Below, piece after piece: positions 26,313 to 36,958 of a stretch of DNA of 64,000 bases; position 1 is the stretch's first letter, and every line of letters starts with the position of its first letter. Under the pieces are notes generated by a model. It did not search any database. It was not told where the DNA came from and saw nothing but the letters and a program-made list of their open reading frames with translations. A program made the translations under genes and the position numbers. The DNA comes from Candidatus Helicobacter avicola (GTDB lineage: Bacteria > Campylobacterota > Campylobacteria > Campylobacterales > Helicobacteraceae). The DNA lies in the NCBI GenBank assembly GCA_019112865.1, contig DXIN01000025.1, positions 5,498 through 69,497 on the forward strand, given 5' to 3'.

Positions 26313-27606
26313 TCAGAATCTTATCGGAGCAAGCAGGGTTTTTGTGTGTGATGAAGGGTTTTGTGTCATCAAAGATGGTGGTGTGCTGTATGAAAGCATA
26401 GAGTGTGATGAGACATCAGGACACAAGAAGCACTCTCAAGAGGCAAAGATTCTTGCAGTGGGTAAATATGAGGATCTTGTGCGTGAATATCCTAGTGCAG
26501 AGAGGGAATTTTGGCACGATAGCGTGCTGCTTCCAAGCCTTGTGAATGCACATATACATTTTGAGTTTAGTAACAACACGACAAGCTTTGTGTATGGGGA
26601 TTTTGGGCGGTGGTTAGATTCTGTGATTGCTAAACGCGATGATGTTTTAAGTGATATTACCAAAAGCGTGCAAGAAGCAATCGCCCTGCAATTTGCTAAT
26701 GGCGTGGGACTTGTGGGGGCGATTAGCAGTTATGGCTATGATATGGAGACGCTTAGTGGTAGTGGATTGCGTGTGGTGTATTTTTCTGAAGCGATGGGGA
26801 GCAATCCAGGTGCTATTGATGCGCTTTTTAGTGATTTTAAAGCGCGTCTAGGGCAGAGTATAGCGCACAAAAGCGAGCTTTTCACCCCAGCAGTAGCCTT
26901 GCATTCGCCTTATTCGCTACACCACATCTATGCCAAATATGTATTGCAGGAGGCAAAGAATTTAAAAACCCCTATAAGCGCACATTTTTTAGAATCCACA
27001 TACGAGCGAGAGTGGCTGATGAATGGAAGTGGGTATTTTTATGACTTTTTTTCTCGCACTTTCAAAGTCCCAAATCCCAAACCTTTTTATAGTATTGAGG
27101 GATTTTTGGAGCAATTTGTGGATTTTGACAATGTGCTTTTGACGCATTGTCTCTTCGCAGGTAAGTCTGAATATAAGATAATGGCACAAAATGCCTACAA
27201 TATCGTAACTTGTCCGCGCTCTAATCGCTTACTCAATAATACCTATCTATCATTTTTGCATATGCAGGGGCGCAAGGATAGTGATTTTGTGCCAAATATC
27301 GCACTAGGCACAGATGGTAGAAGTTCAAATGCCGATGTGAGCTTGCTTGAGGAAATGCGCTCAATGCTTTTTGCCTGCCCACAAGTAGAGCTTGACAGCC
27401 TAGCCCAGCAGATTCTCAAAATGGCAACTTGTAATGGTGCGCAAGCACTGGGGGTAAAGAGTGGAATCCTCAAAGATGGCTATAATGCAGATATAGCGGT
27501 TTTTGAAATCCCACATATCACACATTCTTGCCAAGAAGCCCTGCAGTTTATCCTCCACGCCAAAGAGGCTAAGCGACTGCTCATCAATGGTAAAGGAATT
27601 ATTTAA
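26302..27606 (+). CDS. Metal-dependent amidohydrolase (chlorohydrolase / nucleoside-aminofutalosine deaminase-like family)
   Basis: Amidohydrolase_1 pattern: LVNAHIHFEFS (HxH), later HFLES and GTDG. Sits next to the pyrC-like gene. Confidence 0.65.
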   Translation: MVRSQNLIGASRVFVCDEGFCVIKDGGVLYESIECDETSGHKKHSQEAKILAVGKYEDLVREYPSAEREFWHDSVLLPSLVNAHIHFEFSNNTTSFVYGDFGRWLDSVIAKRDDVLSDITKSVQEAIALQFANGVGLVGAISSYGYDMETLSGSGLRVVYFSEAMGSNPGAIDALFSDFKARLGQSIAHKSELFTPAVALHSPYSLHHIYAKYVLQEAKNLKTPISAHFLESTYEREWLMNGSGYFYDFFSRTFKVPNPKPFYSIEGFLEQFVDFDNVLLTHCLFAGKSEYKIMAQNAYNIVTCPRSNRLLNNTYLSFLHMQGRKDSDFVPNIALGTDGRSSNADVSLLEEMRSMLFACPQVELDSLAQQILKMATCNGAQALGVKSGILKDGYNADIAVFEIPHITHSCQEALQFILHAKEAKRLLINGKGII

Positions 27607-27612
27607 TCGCGT

Positions 27613-28503
27613 ATGGTAGGCACATTACAGAATCTAAAAATTATACGTTTTAGTCAATATGGTGCGTTTTTGCAGGGGGAGATTCAGGGAAAGGAGATTT
27701 TGCTTCCTAAGAAATTTGTGGATTCTGCTATGCGTATTGGGGAGAGTGTGCGTGTGTTTGTCGCGTATGATTCAGAGGATAGGATTGTCGCTACCACACA
27801 GATTCCCAAACTTTTGCTTGGCGAGATTGGCGCATTAGAGGTGGTGGATAGTAATGAATATGGTTATTTTGCAGATTTGGGCGTGGATAAACATCTCTTT
27901 ATCCCACACAAATCCCCAAAACGCACGATGATAGGGCAAAAGCTTGTAGTTTTTCTCACGCTTGATAAGCAAGGACGCCTAATCGGCAAGCTTGGAGTGA
28001 AAGAGCGTTTGCGTCCGTGTCGCGATAAGCACTTGCTAGGGCGTGAGGTAGATGCACTTGTCTTTGAACGCACGCCGTTAGGGTTTGGGTGTGTGGTAGA
28101 TGCGCTAGATTTAAAGACGGCAGGAGTGAGTGCGCTAGATTCAGAAATGAGCAAAAGACAGGTGCAAGAGTGCGCACATTATGGGCTTTTGTATGCAAGT
28201 GAGGTGGTTTGCACACCCCATGTGGGAGAGAGAATCGCCGTGCGTATCAAACATATCCGTAACGATGGCAAGCTTGATTTAAGTGTCGTGGCACAGGGAG
28301 AATCTGGCTTGCTTAAGGCATTATTGCGACATAATGGACGAGTGGAGATTGATTTCAAAAGCTCTCCACAAGAGATTGCGAGTTTGCTGGGTATGAGCAA
28401 AAAAAATTTTAAAACACTGGCTAACAAACTTGTGCGTGAGGGCAAGGTGCGATTTGTGGAGAGTGATGTGCGTGGCGGACACAAGGCACTTGCGCTAGTT
28501 TAA
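27613..28503 (+). CDS. S1-domain nucleic-acid-binding protein (CvfB/YitL-like)
   Basis: Repeated S1-like OB-fold segments (GAFLQGE..., GYFADLG..., GFGCVVD...) and a C-terminal winged-helix-like tail. Confidence 0.55.
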   Translation: MVGTLQNLKIIRFSQYGAFLQGEIQGKEILLPKKFVDSAMRIGESVRVFVAYDSEDRIVATTQIPKLLLGEIGALEVVDSNEYGYFADLGVDKHLFIPHKSPKRTMIGQKLVVFLTLDKQGRLIGKLGVKERLRPCRDKHLLGREVDALVFERTPLGFGCVVDALDLKTAGVSALDSEMSKRQVQECAHYGLLYASEVVCTPHVGERIAVRIKHIRNDGKLDLSVVAQGESGLLKALLRHNGRVEIDFKSSPQEIASLLGMSKKNFKTLANKLVREGKVRFVESDVRGGHKALALV

Positions 28504-28510
28504 ATCAATT

Positions 28511-29386
28511 ATGAGATTTGATAGAATCTATATAGAACTAAGCGATATATGCGCTCTTAATTGTAGTTTTTGCCCACATAGTGAGCGTGAGAGTCATCGT
28601 GGTGTGATGAATCTGGGGCTTTTTGAAGAGATTTTGAAGCAGCTTACCACACCCAAACGCCTCACAAAACTCGTGCATTTACATATCTTAGGCGATCCGC
28701 TGGCAGTGAAAAGTCTTGATGTGTATATGGAGATTCTATCACATTATGGACTTGTGGTTGATTTGGTAACAAGTGGGAAGTTTTTAGATTCTTGGAATTG
28801 GGATATGTTTCTTGCCAAACCCGTGCATCAGATTGCCTTTTCGCTTAGCGCGTTTTTGGACGCACCACAGAGATTTTCTCCTAATCATCTTGAGCGGATT
28901 TTGGAGTTTTGTGTATATCATAGGGAGATTCAAAGCGAGGTATTTGTGCATTTACGCGTGCAGGATAGGGATAAGGATAGGCTGATACAATATCTACGAG
29001 GTGGTAGTGAAGCGATGAAAAATCTTGCTGAAGCACTCTGCACTCAAGAAAGCGGAGTGTATAGGTTTGGCTACAAGGTGTTTTGCACGACAACGCGTTA
29101 TCATCGTTGGAGGGAAGATTCTAGGGCTGATATAGAATCTCGTGATAGGCTTTTTTGTTATGGTGCGACTGAGCAACTTGGGATTTTAAGTAATGGCGTG
29201 GTCGTGCCTTGCTGTATGGATTGCTTTGGGGAGATAAAACTTGGGGATTTACGCACCCAAAATCTTAGAGAAATCTTAGATTCTGTGCTCTATCGCAATA
29301 TCGTGGCGGGTTTTAAGCAAGGTATAGCCTATCACCCAAAATGTCAAAGATGTGATTATGCACGGGGATTAGCACATAATCTTTAG
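28511..29386 (+). CDS. Radical SAM enzyme with a C-terminal Cys-rich (SPASM/twitch-like) region; substrate unknown
   Basis: CxxxCxxC cluster (CALNCSFC) at residues 14-21. C-terminal cysteines: PCCMDC ... CQRC. Confidence 0.72.
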   Translation: MRFDRIYIELSDICALNCSFCPHSERESHRGVMNLGLFEEILKQLTTPKRLTKLVHLHILGDPLAVKSLDVYMEILSHYGLVVDLVTSGKFLDSWNWDMFLAKPVHQIAFSLSAFLDAPQRFSPNHLERILEFCVYHREIQSEVFVHLRVQDRDKDRLIQYLRGGSEAMKNLAEALCTQESGVYRFGYKVFCTTTRYHRWREDSRADIESRDRLFCYGATEQLGILSNGVVVPCCMDCFGEIKLGDLRTQNLREILDSVLYRNIVAGFKQGIAYHPKCQRCDYARGLAHNL

Positions 29387-29493
29387 TTGTATCACTATGG
29401 TGGATTGGTTTGTGTAGAGAGGCAATGTGATACATAAGTGGAATCGTTTTTGCTAAAAGTCTTTAAAATCATAAAAAAGCAAAAGGATTTGGC

Positions 29494-30624
29494 TTGAGAT
29501 TATGGATAATACTTGCTTGCGTGTGTGTATGGAATCTAGGGGCAGTAACATTAGGAGAGTATTTCTTGATGGGTAAGCCTCGAGGGCATTTGGGGTTGTA
29601 TTTTCAAAATATGACACAAAGAACATCAAATTTTGCCGACATCAATGCGTCCATAGGGTATGATACACCAATAAGCAGAAGTGGTATTAGTTTTGGTGGG
29701 TCATTTTGGCTTGCTGCGCGTATGTATGAGTTTTCTAGAGGAGATTTTAATTCTACAAAAGATAGCTTTATTTGGACAGAAGCCTATGTGCGCTATGACA
29801 ACAACGATCGTCTAAGAGTGGAAGCTGGGAGATTTTATGCTAATACCGAATGGATTAAATATTATAACCAAGGGGTAAGGGCAGATTATGCGGTTTCGCC
29901 GAATATGTTTGCTAGTTTTATGTGGGTCAATAAAAACGCATATGTAACAAACTATCGTATGTCTAATTATCGCAATCCCTTTGATACAAGTGGGGTATTT
30001 TATGGCTCTTTGAATATTATTCTCGCACAATCTCCAATGAAAATTGCTCCATATATCTACATAGCACCCAATCGTTTTAATGCCTTTGGTGTCAGAATCG
30101 AAGTGGAAAAACCATCAATAGGAGATTCTCTCTTTTATGCAAAAGTGCATTTACTCTCGTATATTGGTAAAAATCAGCTTATTGAGCAAACTCGCACTGA
30201 TGGCGATGGTGGTTTTGTATGGGTTGAGGGTGGTGTCAAGTGGTCTGGTGTCAAATTTGGGGGTGGTATCATCACCGTATCCGAAAAGGGTGCGAGTGGT
30301 ATTGATGCATTTGGGCAAAGCACACCATTTGAGCGTAGAGAGGGATTGTTTTATGCAGACGCAAATACATTCTATGGCATATTGGAATATACCTTTAAAA
30401 ACCACATCGTCTTAGAATCTGCAATTCGCTATACAGGCATAGGATCTAAGCAGGTCTTTAACTGGGAGGCAAATGCTAAGTTAGCCGTGGCACCAGATAT
30501 GTGGGTAGGCGGTGGCTTTATAGGAATGCTCAATAATGCTAACATTAGGCTTGATGATTATATTTTTGCAAGCGATGGGAGAAACTATCTCTTAGGCAGG
30601 GCTTATTTTCAATTTAATTTTTAG
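29494..30624 (+). CDS. Putative outer-membrane beta-barrel protein
   Basis: N-terminal signal-like segment, alternating aromatic/hydrophilic beta-strand pattern, and a C-terminal aromatic residue (…YFQFNF). The start is TTG, so the start call is uncertain. Confidence 0.55.
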   Translation: MRLWIILACVCVWNLGAVTLGEYFLMGKPRGHLGLYFQNMTQRTSNFADINASIGYDTPISRSGISFGGSFWLAARMYEFSRGDFNSTKDSFIWTEAYVRYDNNDRLRVEAGRFYANTEWIKYYNQGVRADYAVSPNMFASFMWVNKNAYVTNYRMSNYRNPFDTSGVFYGSLNIILAQSPMKIAPYIYIAPNRFNAFGVRIEVEKPSIGDSLFYAKVHLLSYIGKNQLIEQTRTDGDGGFVWVEGGVKWSGVKFGGGIITVSEKGASGIDAFGQSTPFERREGLFYADANTFYGILEYTFKNHIVLESAIRYTGIGSKQVFNWEANAKLAVAPDMWVGGGFIGMLNNANIRLDDYIFASDGRNYLLGRAYFQFNF

Positions 30625-30640
30625 ATAAGGACGAGTGTCG

Positions 30641-31705
30641 ATGAAGGGGATTTATTTTTTTTGGTTGGTATTTTGTTTTACTTTGTATTGGATTTATTAT
30701 CTTTATGAAGCATTTTTGATGAATCTACTTGTCGCACTTTTGCTTTGTATGGCGACTTTTGGGCTCAAAAATATGCTATTAAAATATGTCAGATATGAGA
30801 TTTTAGCAGCATTATTTAGCACGGCGATTTTAGTGCTTCTTTTGATTGTGCCGGTGGTTTTTGTGTTTAATTCTCTTCTAGCACTTATACAGGGTGCGGA
30901 TTTGGCAGGGTTTAGTAATATCATTGATACGCTTAAGGGTAGGATTTTGGAGTGGAGCAGTGATGTGCCAGAGATTCAAATGCGTCTCAAAGAGGCATTA
31001 GGTAAGATTTCTGGTCCTGAAATTTTTTCATATATGCTTAATTTTAGCTCGGTTGTAGGGAAAAGAAGCCTAGAATTTGTTGTTGATACGGGTTTTATTG
31101 TGGTATTTTTGTTTTTCTTTTATTTTTATGGAGTGCGTTTGTATGGCTATATGCTCTCACTCATTCCATTTGATAGACACCAAGTCCAAAATATTTTTAA
31201 CGAAGTGCTTGGTGTGCTTAAGGTTGTGTGCTATACATCAGTTATCAATGTCGTCTTGCAGGGATTGAGTTTTGGCATTGCTATCGCATTTTTTGGGTAT
31301 GATGGGATTTTTTTTGGTGTGTTGTATGGTTTTTGTTCGCTTATTCCGGTTGTGGGTGGATCGCTAGTGTGGATTCCACTTGTGGGTTATGAGCTGTTTT
31401 TGGGTGAATACAACGCAGCAATCTTTATTGCATTGTATAGCTTGATTTTTATCGCATTTGTGATTGATAATCTTGTAAAGCCGCTTATTATCAAGATTAT
31501 GACAACTAAGATATTGAAAACTCCATTGCAAATCAATGAAATGTTGATATTTTTTGCCATTTTGGCAGGCTTGAGTGCTTTTGGATTCTGGGGAATTGTG
31601 TTAGGACCTATTATCACAGCATTGTTTATCGCACTTTTGCGTGTGTATAAAAAGATAATTTTTCCATTTAGAGAAGATTTTGAGCATAATACTATAAAAA
31701 ATTAA
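30641..31705 (+). CDS. AI-2E family transporter (PerM/UPF0118)
   Basis: 8-TM profile with the conserved PxxG(G/S) region (LIPVVGGSLVWIP) typical of the family. Confidence 0.78.
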   Translation: MKGIYFFWLVFCFTLYWIYYLYEAFLMNLLVALLLCMATFGLKNMLLKYVRYEILAALFSTAILVLLLIVPVVFVFNSLLALIQGADLAGFSNIIDTLKGRILEWSSDVPEIQMRLKEALGKISGPEIFSYMLNFSSVVGKRSLEFVVDTGFIVVFLFFFYFYGVRLYGYMLSLIPFDRHQVQNIFNEVLGVLKVVCYTSVINVVLQGLSFGIAIAFFGYDGIFFGVLYGFCSLIPVVGGSLVWIPLVGYELFLGEYNAAIFIALYSLIFIAFVIDNLVKPLIIKIMTTKILKTPLQINEMLIFFAILAGLSAFGFWGIVLGPIITALFIALLRVYKKIIFPFREDFEHNTIKN

Positions 31706-31759
31706 GCATTTCTAGGCTAAAATCGAAACACAAAATTTGAAAGTAAGGGTAGTTTTGGA

Positions 31760-33424
31760 ATGAGAGTGAATCTTGACAATATGGACTTTGGCGAAGAGGA
31801 GAGCTTCGCACAGCTTTTGGACGCAAGCGAGAGAAACGCTACAAGTGGGAGCTTGCAAAAAGGGAAGATTATACAAATAGACAAGGATAGAGATCTTGCA
31901 ATGATAGCATTGCCTTATAGCAAATCCGAAAGCACACTTTCTTTGAGTGAGATAAGAGATACAGAGGGAAATCTCCTTTTTAATGTGGGTGATGAGATTG
32001 AAATTTATGCTAGTGGAAGCGATAACCGACCCTACATTTCTTACAGGAGAGCGCAGAGAAGTAAAAAAATTAAGCAAAAGATTGAGGAATTAGAAGGGAA
32101 CTTTCAGGATAAAGTCATTGAAGCCAAGGTGCTAAAAAGAAACAAGGGCGGATATGTGATGGATTATGATGGGGTTGATGTATTTTTGCCACGGAGAGAT
32201 TCTGCTTTTAAAGAGGGAGTAAAAGTGGAGGGCAAAACCTATAAGGTCGCCATCACACACATAAATCCACAAGAAAACACGATTGTTGTCTCAAGGAAGC
32301 GATTCTTTGACATTGATAAAAGCACCAAAAAAGAAGTTGTAGAAAAGATGCTCTCCGGTGATAGAATCTACGATGGTGTAGTGAAAAAAATTACATCATT
32401 TGGGGTATTTGTGGATATTGACAACATAGAAGGATTAGTGCATTACACAGAGATTAATCATAGAGGCGTAGCAAATCCTCAAAAAAGCTTTAAGGTTGGA
32501 CAGCAAGTAAAAGTAAAGATTTTGGACTATGATGCGCAAAAGCATAGGTTTTCACTCTCTGTCAAAGCACTAAGCGAAGATCCATGGAAAGAAGTGGAGA
32601 AGGAGCTAGAAGTAGGCTACACCATCAAAGTAACAATCAGCAATATTGAGGAATATGGTGCGTTTGTTGATTTGGGTAATGGTATAGAAGGATTTTTGCA
32701 TATTTCGGAGATTTCTTGGGATAAAAACATCAAGCATCCTAGTGATTATCTCAAGGTTGATCAAGAAATTGATGTAGAGATTATTGAGATTGATAGCAAA
32801 AATCGTCGCTTGCGTGTTTCGCTCAAAAAACTTATGCACAAACCGTTTGCTGCATTTGCCAAGGAACACAAAGAGGGCGATGTGCTCAAGGGAAAAATCG
32901 TTACCATTACAGATTTTGGTGCATTTGTCAATATCGGTGCGGTTGATGGGTTGCTCCATAATGAAGATGTTTCATGGGATAGGGGCGTAAAGTGTAAGGA
33001 TATATTTAAGGTAGGCGATGAAGTCGAGGTAAAGATTCTCAAAATTGACACACAAAATGAACGTATTTCTCTTAGCAAGAAGCTTTTGAGTGATTCTCCA
33101 GCAGCAGTTTTTGCCAAAACACATCGTGTTGATGAAATAGTGGAGGGTGTGCTTTCGGAGCTTAAAGATTTTGGTATTTTTGTCAAACTTGATGGTAACG
33201 AAGTGCTTATCAAAAACGAAGATATTCCTCAAGAAATGAAAGAAACACTCAAGGTAGGAGATAGTGTGAAATGTGTGATTTTTGCCATAGATGAGAAAAC
33301 AAACAAGATTCGCGCTTCTATCAAACGCCTACAAAAGCAGCAAGAAAAAGAGAGTTTGCGTGCCTTTAATCAAGCAAGCGAGCAGAGAATGACACTAGGA
33401 GATAAGATAAAAAATCAAATGTAG
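31760..33424 (+). CDS. rpsA: 30S ribosomal protein S1
   Basis: Six tandem S1 OB-fold repeats (G.V..I...G.FVD...G...G..H.SE). Confidence 0.93.
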   Translation: MRVNLDNMDFGEEESFAQLLDASERNATSGSLQKGKIIQIDKDRDLAMIALPYSKSESTLSLSEIRDTEGNLLFNVGDEIEIYASGSDNRPYISYRRAQRSKKIKQKIEELEGNFQDKVIEAKVLKRNKGGYVMDYDGVDVFLPRRDSAFKEGVKVEGKTYKVAITHINPQENTIVVSRKRFFDIDKSTKKEVVEKMLSGDRIYDGVVKKITSFGVFVDIDNIEGLVHYTEINHRGVANPQKSFKVGQQVKVKILDYDAQKHRFSLSVKALSEDPWKEVEKELEVGYTIKVTISNIEEYGAFVDLGNGIEGFLHISEISWDKNIKHPSDYLKVDQEIDVEIIEIDSKNRRLRVSLKKLMHKPFAAFAKEHKEGDVLKGKIVTITDFGAFVNIGAVDGLLHNEDVSWDRGVKCKDIFKVGDEVEVKILKIDTQNERISLSKKLLSDSPAAVFAKTHRVDEIVEGVLSELKDFGIFVKLDGNEVLIKNEDIPQEMKETLKVGDSVKCVIFAIDEKTNKIRASIKRLQKQQEKESLRAFNQASEQRMTLGDKIKNQM

Positions 33425-33434
33425 GTGTAGATGA

Positions 33435-33899
33435 ATGAAAAAAATCCTCACAACGTTTGTTTTTCTTTTTAGCCTCGGTGTGTTAGCTAGTGGGGCTTTT
33501 ATCGTATATCAAAAAACCAATCTCATAAAACCTCCTTTTGTTGCCTCCAAACTAACAGATGATATACAAACAACCGAAATTGAGCATAACGATATGTGGC
33601 TCAAGGACTTTTCTGTTTCTTCAAATGATTCTTTCCAGTATCCTGCCACAGAGCTTTTTGTGAAATTTGACTTTGCAAAAAATCCCCAAGATAACGCAAT
33701 CAGGAGTATTGAGATTAAGGACTTAGATGAGTATAAATATTTTTGCGTTGCACAGGTTTTGAAGCAAAACAAGCTTGAGAGCACTTATTATAAAAGTGGC
33801 GATGTATTGCGTCTTATGGTATTCATCGATAATGATGCAGTGTTGCAAAAATTTCTCCAAGACTTACAATATTATAGAATCCAATATATTCTCAAGTAA
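33435..33899 (+). CDS. Hypothetical membrane-anchored protein (conserved position between rpsA and serA)
   Basis: Single N-terminal TM segment. No recognisable domain. Confidence 0.5.
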   Translation: MKKILTTFVFLFSLGVLASGAFIVYQKTNLIKPPFVASKLTDDIQTTEIEHNDMWLKDFSVSSNDSFQYPATELFVKFDFAKNPQDNAIRSIEIKDLDEYKYFCVAQVLKQNKLESTYYKSGDVLRLMVFIDNDAVLQKFLQDLQYYRIQYILK

Positions 33900-33906
33900 G
33901 TTGTTA

Positions 33907-33912
33907 TATAAT
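33907..33912 (+). promoter_or_regulatory. Candidate -10 box (TATAAT) for serA
   Basis: Exact TATAAT 30 nt upstream of the serA ATG. Confidence 0.3.
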
Positions 33913-33941
33913 ATCCCAATTTTTACTTTAAGGAGTGCGAA

Positions 33942-35522
33942 ATGGCATTGAAAATCGTAGTGTGCGACCATATCCATCAAAGCGGTTTGGATTTGTTGCA
34001 AGCCCAAAATGATATTGTATTTGAGAATCTCGCTTCATTATCCAAAGATGAATTGCGCCAATCTATCAAGGACGCAGATGTCGTGATTACGAGGAGTTCT
34101 ACCGATGTTGATGAGGCATTTTTGGAAAATGCACAGAATCTAACAAGTATCGTGCGTGCCGGTGTGGGTGTGGATAATGTCGATATTCCAATGTGTAGTA
34201 AAAAAGGTATTGTGGTGATGAATGTCCCCACAGCAAACACGATTGCAGCGGTGGAGCTAACGATGGCGCATCTTATTAGCAGTGTGAGAAACTTTCCTGG
34301 GGCGAACCAGCAGCTCAAAAATGAGCGCAAATGGAAGCGAGAGGATTGGTATGGTACCGAATTAAAGGGTAAGACTTTGGGGATTATTGGCTTTGGAAAT
34401 ATCGGAAGCAGGGTGGGCAAGAGAGCTAAGGCATTTGAAATGGAAGTTGTTGCATATGACCCATATATTGATGCTTCTAAAGCTATTGATGCAGGCGTGC
34501 GCTATACAAGTAACTTTGAGGATATTTTGCAGTGTGATATTATCACGATTCACACACCCAAAAATAATGAAACCAAAAATATGATTACCGCTAAAGAAAT
34601 TGCTAAAATGAAAGATGGTGTGATACTCATAAACTGCGCGCGAGGCGGATTGTATAACGAAGACGATTTGTATGAAGGCTTAAAAAGTGGCAAGATTCGT
34701 TGGGCTGGGCTTGATGTGTTTAACAAAGAGCCGGCAATCGACAATAAGCTCCTTGATTTACCAAATGTCTATGTAACACCACATATAGGTGCCAATACCT
34801 TAGAATCTCAAGAAAAGATTGCCATAGAAGCTGCTCATGCCGCCATAGAAGCTGCACGCGGCTCAAGCTATCCTAATGCACTCAATCTCCCCGTTAAAGA
34901 AGTGGATTTGCCTCATAATATCAAGCTGTATCTTGAGCTCACACAAAAACTATCTTTTATTTGCACACAGGCGAACAAAGGTGTATTTAGATCGCTTGAG
35001 ATTACTGCATGTGGCGAAGTGAGTCATTATGGAGATTCACTAAAGACTTTCGCGCTTGTTGGTGCGCTAAGTGCGAGCTTAGGGGATCATATCAATTATG
35101 TGAATGCACCTTTTGTGGCGCAAGAGAGGGGCGTGGAAGTGAAGTTTGTGGGGCAGGAACTCTCTCAAACATACAAAAACCACATTAAGATTACTTTAAG
35201 CACGCAACAAAATATCTTTAGTATCGAAGGTGCGGTATTTGAGGATAAGTATTTGCGTATCACGACAATTAATGGTTTTGTTTTTGATATTGAGCCAACA
35301 GGCAAAATGATACTCTTTAGAAATACTGATGTGCCCGGTGTGATAGGAATGGTTGGGAATACTCTTGCTAAGCATAAAATTAATATTGCAGATTTTCGTC
35401 TCGCACGCAAAGACAAGGAGGCTCTAGCGGTGGTGATTGTAGATGATGATGTCTCCCAAGAAGTTTTACAAGAGCTAGAATCTATCCCTGCGTGCTTGGG
35501 GCTTAAATATGTCGTGATATAA
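33942..35522 (+). CDS. serA: D-3-phosphoglycerate dehydrogenase (long form with ASB and ACT domains)
   Basis: 2-hydroxyacid dehydrogenase NAD motif GIIGFGNIGSRVG, catalytic R/E/H region (NCARGG ... TPHIGA), and a C-terminal ACT domain. Confidence 0.93.
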   Translation: MALKIVVCDHIHQSGLDLLQAQNDIVFENLASLSKDELRQSIKDADVVITRSSTDVDEAFLENAQNLTSIVRAGVGVDNVDIPMCSKKGIVVMNVPTANTIAAVELTMAHLISSVRNFPGANQQLKNERKWKREDWYGTELKGKTLGIIGFGNIGSRVGKRAKAFEMEVVAYDPYIDASKAIDAGVRYTSNFEDILQCDIITIHTPKNNETKNMITAKEIAKMKDGVILINCARGGLYNEDDLYEGLKSGKIRWAGLDVFNKEPAIDNKLLDLPNVYVTPHIGANTLESQEKIAIEAAHAAIEAARGSSYPNALNLPVKEVDLPHNIKLYLELTQKLSFICTQANKGVFRSLEITACGEVSHYGDSLKTFALVGALSASLGDHINYVNAPFVAQERGVEVKFVGQELSQTYKNHIKITLSTQQNIFSIEGAVFEDKYLRITTINGFVFDIEPTGKMILFRNTDVPGVIGMVGNTLAKHKINIADFRLARKDKEALAVVIVDDDVSQEVLQELESIPACLGLKYVVI

Positions 35523-35538
35523 ATACGGGATTGATGTG

Positions 35539-36885
35539 ATGAATGAGCATAATCAATACATTCAAGACATTACCAGACGAAGCTTAAGAGAAGTTTTTGC
35601 TGAATTTATCAGGGCAGAATCCTTTAGTGGTATTTTACTCTTTTTGTGTGCGGTGTGTGCGATGGTGGTGGCAAACTCACCGCTATCAGAATGGTATTTT
35701 TGGCTTTGGAACGAGAATCTGGGCTTTAGCTTTGGTGAGCATTTTTATGGTTTTAGCCTTCATCATTGGATTAATGATGTCTTAATGGCGATTTTTTTTC
35801 TTATGGTTGGTTTAGAGATTAAACGCGAAGTGCTGTTTGGCGATTTGTCTGGATTCAAAAAAGCTGCGTTTCCTGTGATAGGAGCATTAGGTGGTATGGT
35901 GGTGCCAGCTATCATTTATTTTAGTCTCAATGTCGGCACTTCGTCATGGCATGGATTTGGAATCCCTATGGCGACAGATATTGCCTTTGCGCTTGGTGTG
36001 ATTTTGCTCCTAGGCAAACGTGTCCCTATGGCATTGAAGGTATTTTTGGTAACGCTTGCAGTTGCCGATGATTTGGGAGCTATTGTCGTGATTGCGACTG
36101 CATATCCTTCTCCAGAGGGCTTGCACTTAGGTTGGCTTTTAGGGGCGGCTTGTGTGATTGGTTTTTTGGTTTTGTTAAACAAACAAGGCGTGCGAAATCT
36201 TAGTGTATATCTTGGTGTAGGTGTGCTGCTGTGGTTTTGTGTGCATCATAGTGGCATACACGCGACTATTGCCGCGGTTGTTTTGGCATTTTGCATTCCG
36301 ATTCAGCCAAAGATTCAGAGTGGGGATTTTATCTCGCTACTTGAGGCATTGCCACAAAGCTTTAAGAATATTGACAAAAATCATCGCACAAACATTTTGC
36401 TTACCAATGAACAAGTGCAGCTCGTGAGCACTTTGGCTAAAGATTCCCTTGATGTGCAAAATCCACTTTTGCGCCTTGAGCACGCATTGCAACCTATTTG
36501 TGCATATGGGATTATGCCACTTTTTGCGTTTGCAAATGCTGGTGTGGATATACGCGGTGATATGCAATTTGGAATTGACCACATTATGCTTGGTGTATTT
36601 TTGGGACTTGTGGTGGGCAAACCTGTGGGGATATTTTTATTTACATTTGTGTGTGAGAAGCTCGGTGTGGTAGCACGTCCTCAAGGTGTGAGTTGGAAAC
36701 ATATTTTTGGTGCGGGTATGCTAGGGGGCATAGGCTTTACGATGTCGATTTTTGTCTCCAATCTCGCTTTTGAAAGTGTGCATTCTCAAGATGTGGCAAA
36801 AATCTCAATTTTGCTTGCTTCAAGTGTGGCGGGAGTGCTTGGAGCAATTTTTTTGACATTGCAAAAAAACGAAAAGGCTTTATAA
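35539..36885 (+). CDS. nhaA: Na+/H+ antiporter NhaA
   Basis: NhaA signature segments (FFLMVGLEIKRE, ATDIAFALGV, LAVADDLGAI). Confidence 0.92.
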   Translation: MNEHNQYIQDITRRSLREVFAEFIRAESFSGILLFLCAVCAMVVANSPLSEWYFWLWNENLGFSFGEHFYGFSLHHWINDVLMAIFFLMVGLEIKREVLFGDLSGFKKAAFPVIGALGGMVVPAIIYFSLNVGTSSWHGFGIPMATDIAFALGVILLLGKRVPMALKVFLVTLAVADDLGAIVVIATAYPSPEGLHLGWLLGAACVIGFLVLLNKQGVRNLSVYLGVGVLLWFCVHHSGIHATIAAVVLAFCIPIQPKIQSGDFISLLEALPQSFKNIDKNHRTNILLTNEQVQLVSTLAKDSLDVQNPLLRLEHALQPICAYGIMPLFAFANAGVDIRGDMQFGIDHIMLGVFLGLVVGKPVGIFLFTFVCEKLGVVARPQGVSWKHIFGAGMLGGIGFTMSIFVSNLAFESVHSQDVAKISILLASSVAGVLGAIFLTLQKNEKAL

Positions 36886-36922
36886 TTTTTGGGTATTTAA
36901 CCCTTTAAAAGCTTTAAAAGAT

Positions 36923-36928
36923 TATAAT
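36923..36928 (+). promoter_or_regulatory. Candidate -10 box (TATAAT) for yajC-secDF
   Basis: Exact TATAAT 31 nt upstream of the yajC ATG. Confidence 0.3.
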
Positions 36929-36958
36929 CACACTTTCATTTTACACCAAAGGATTGTT

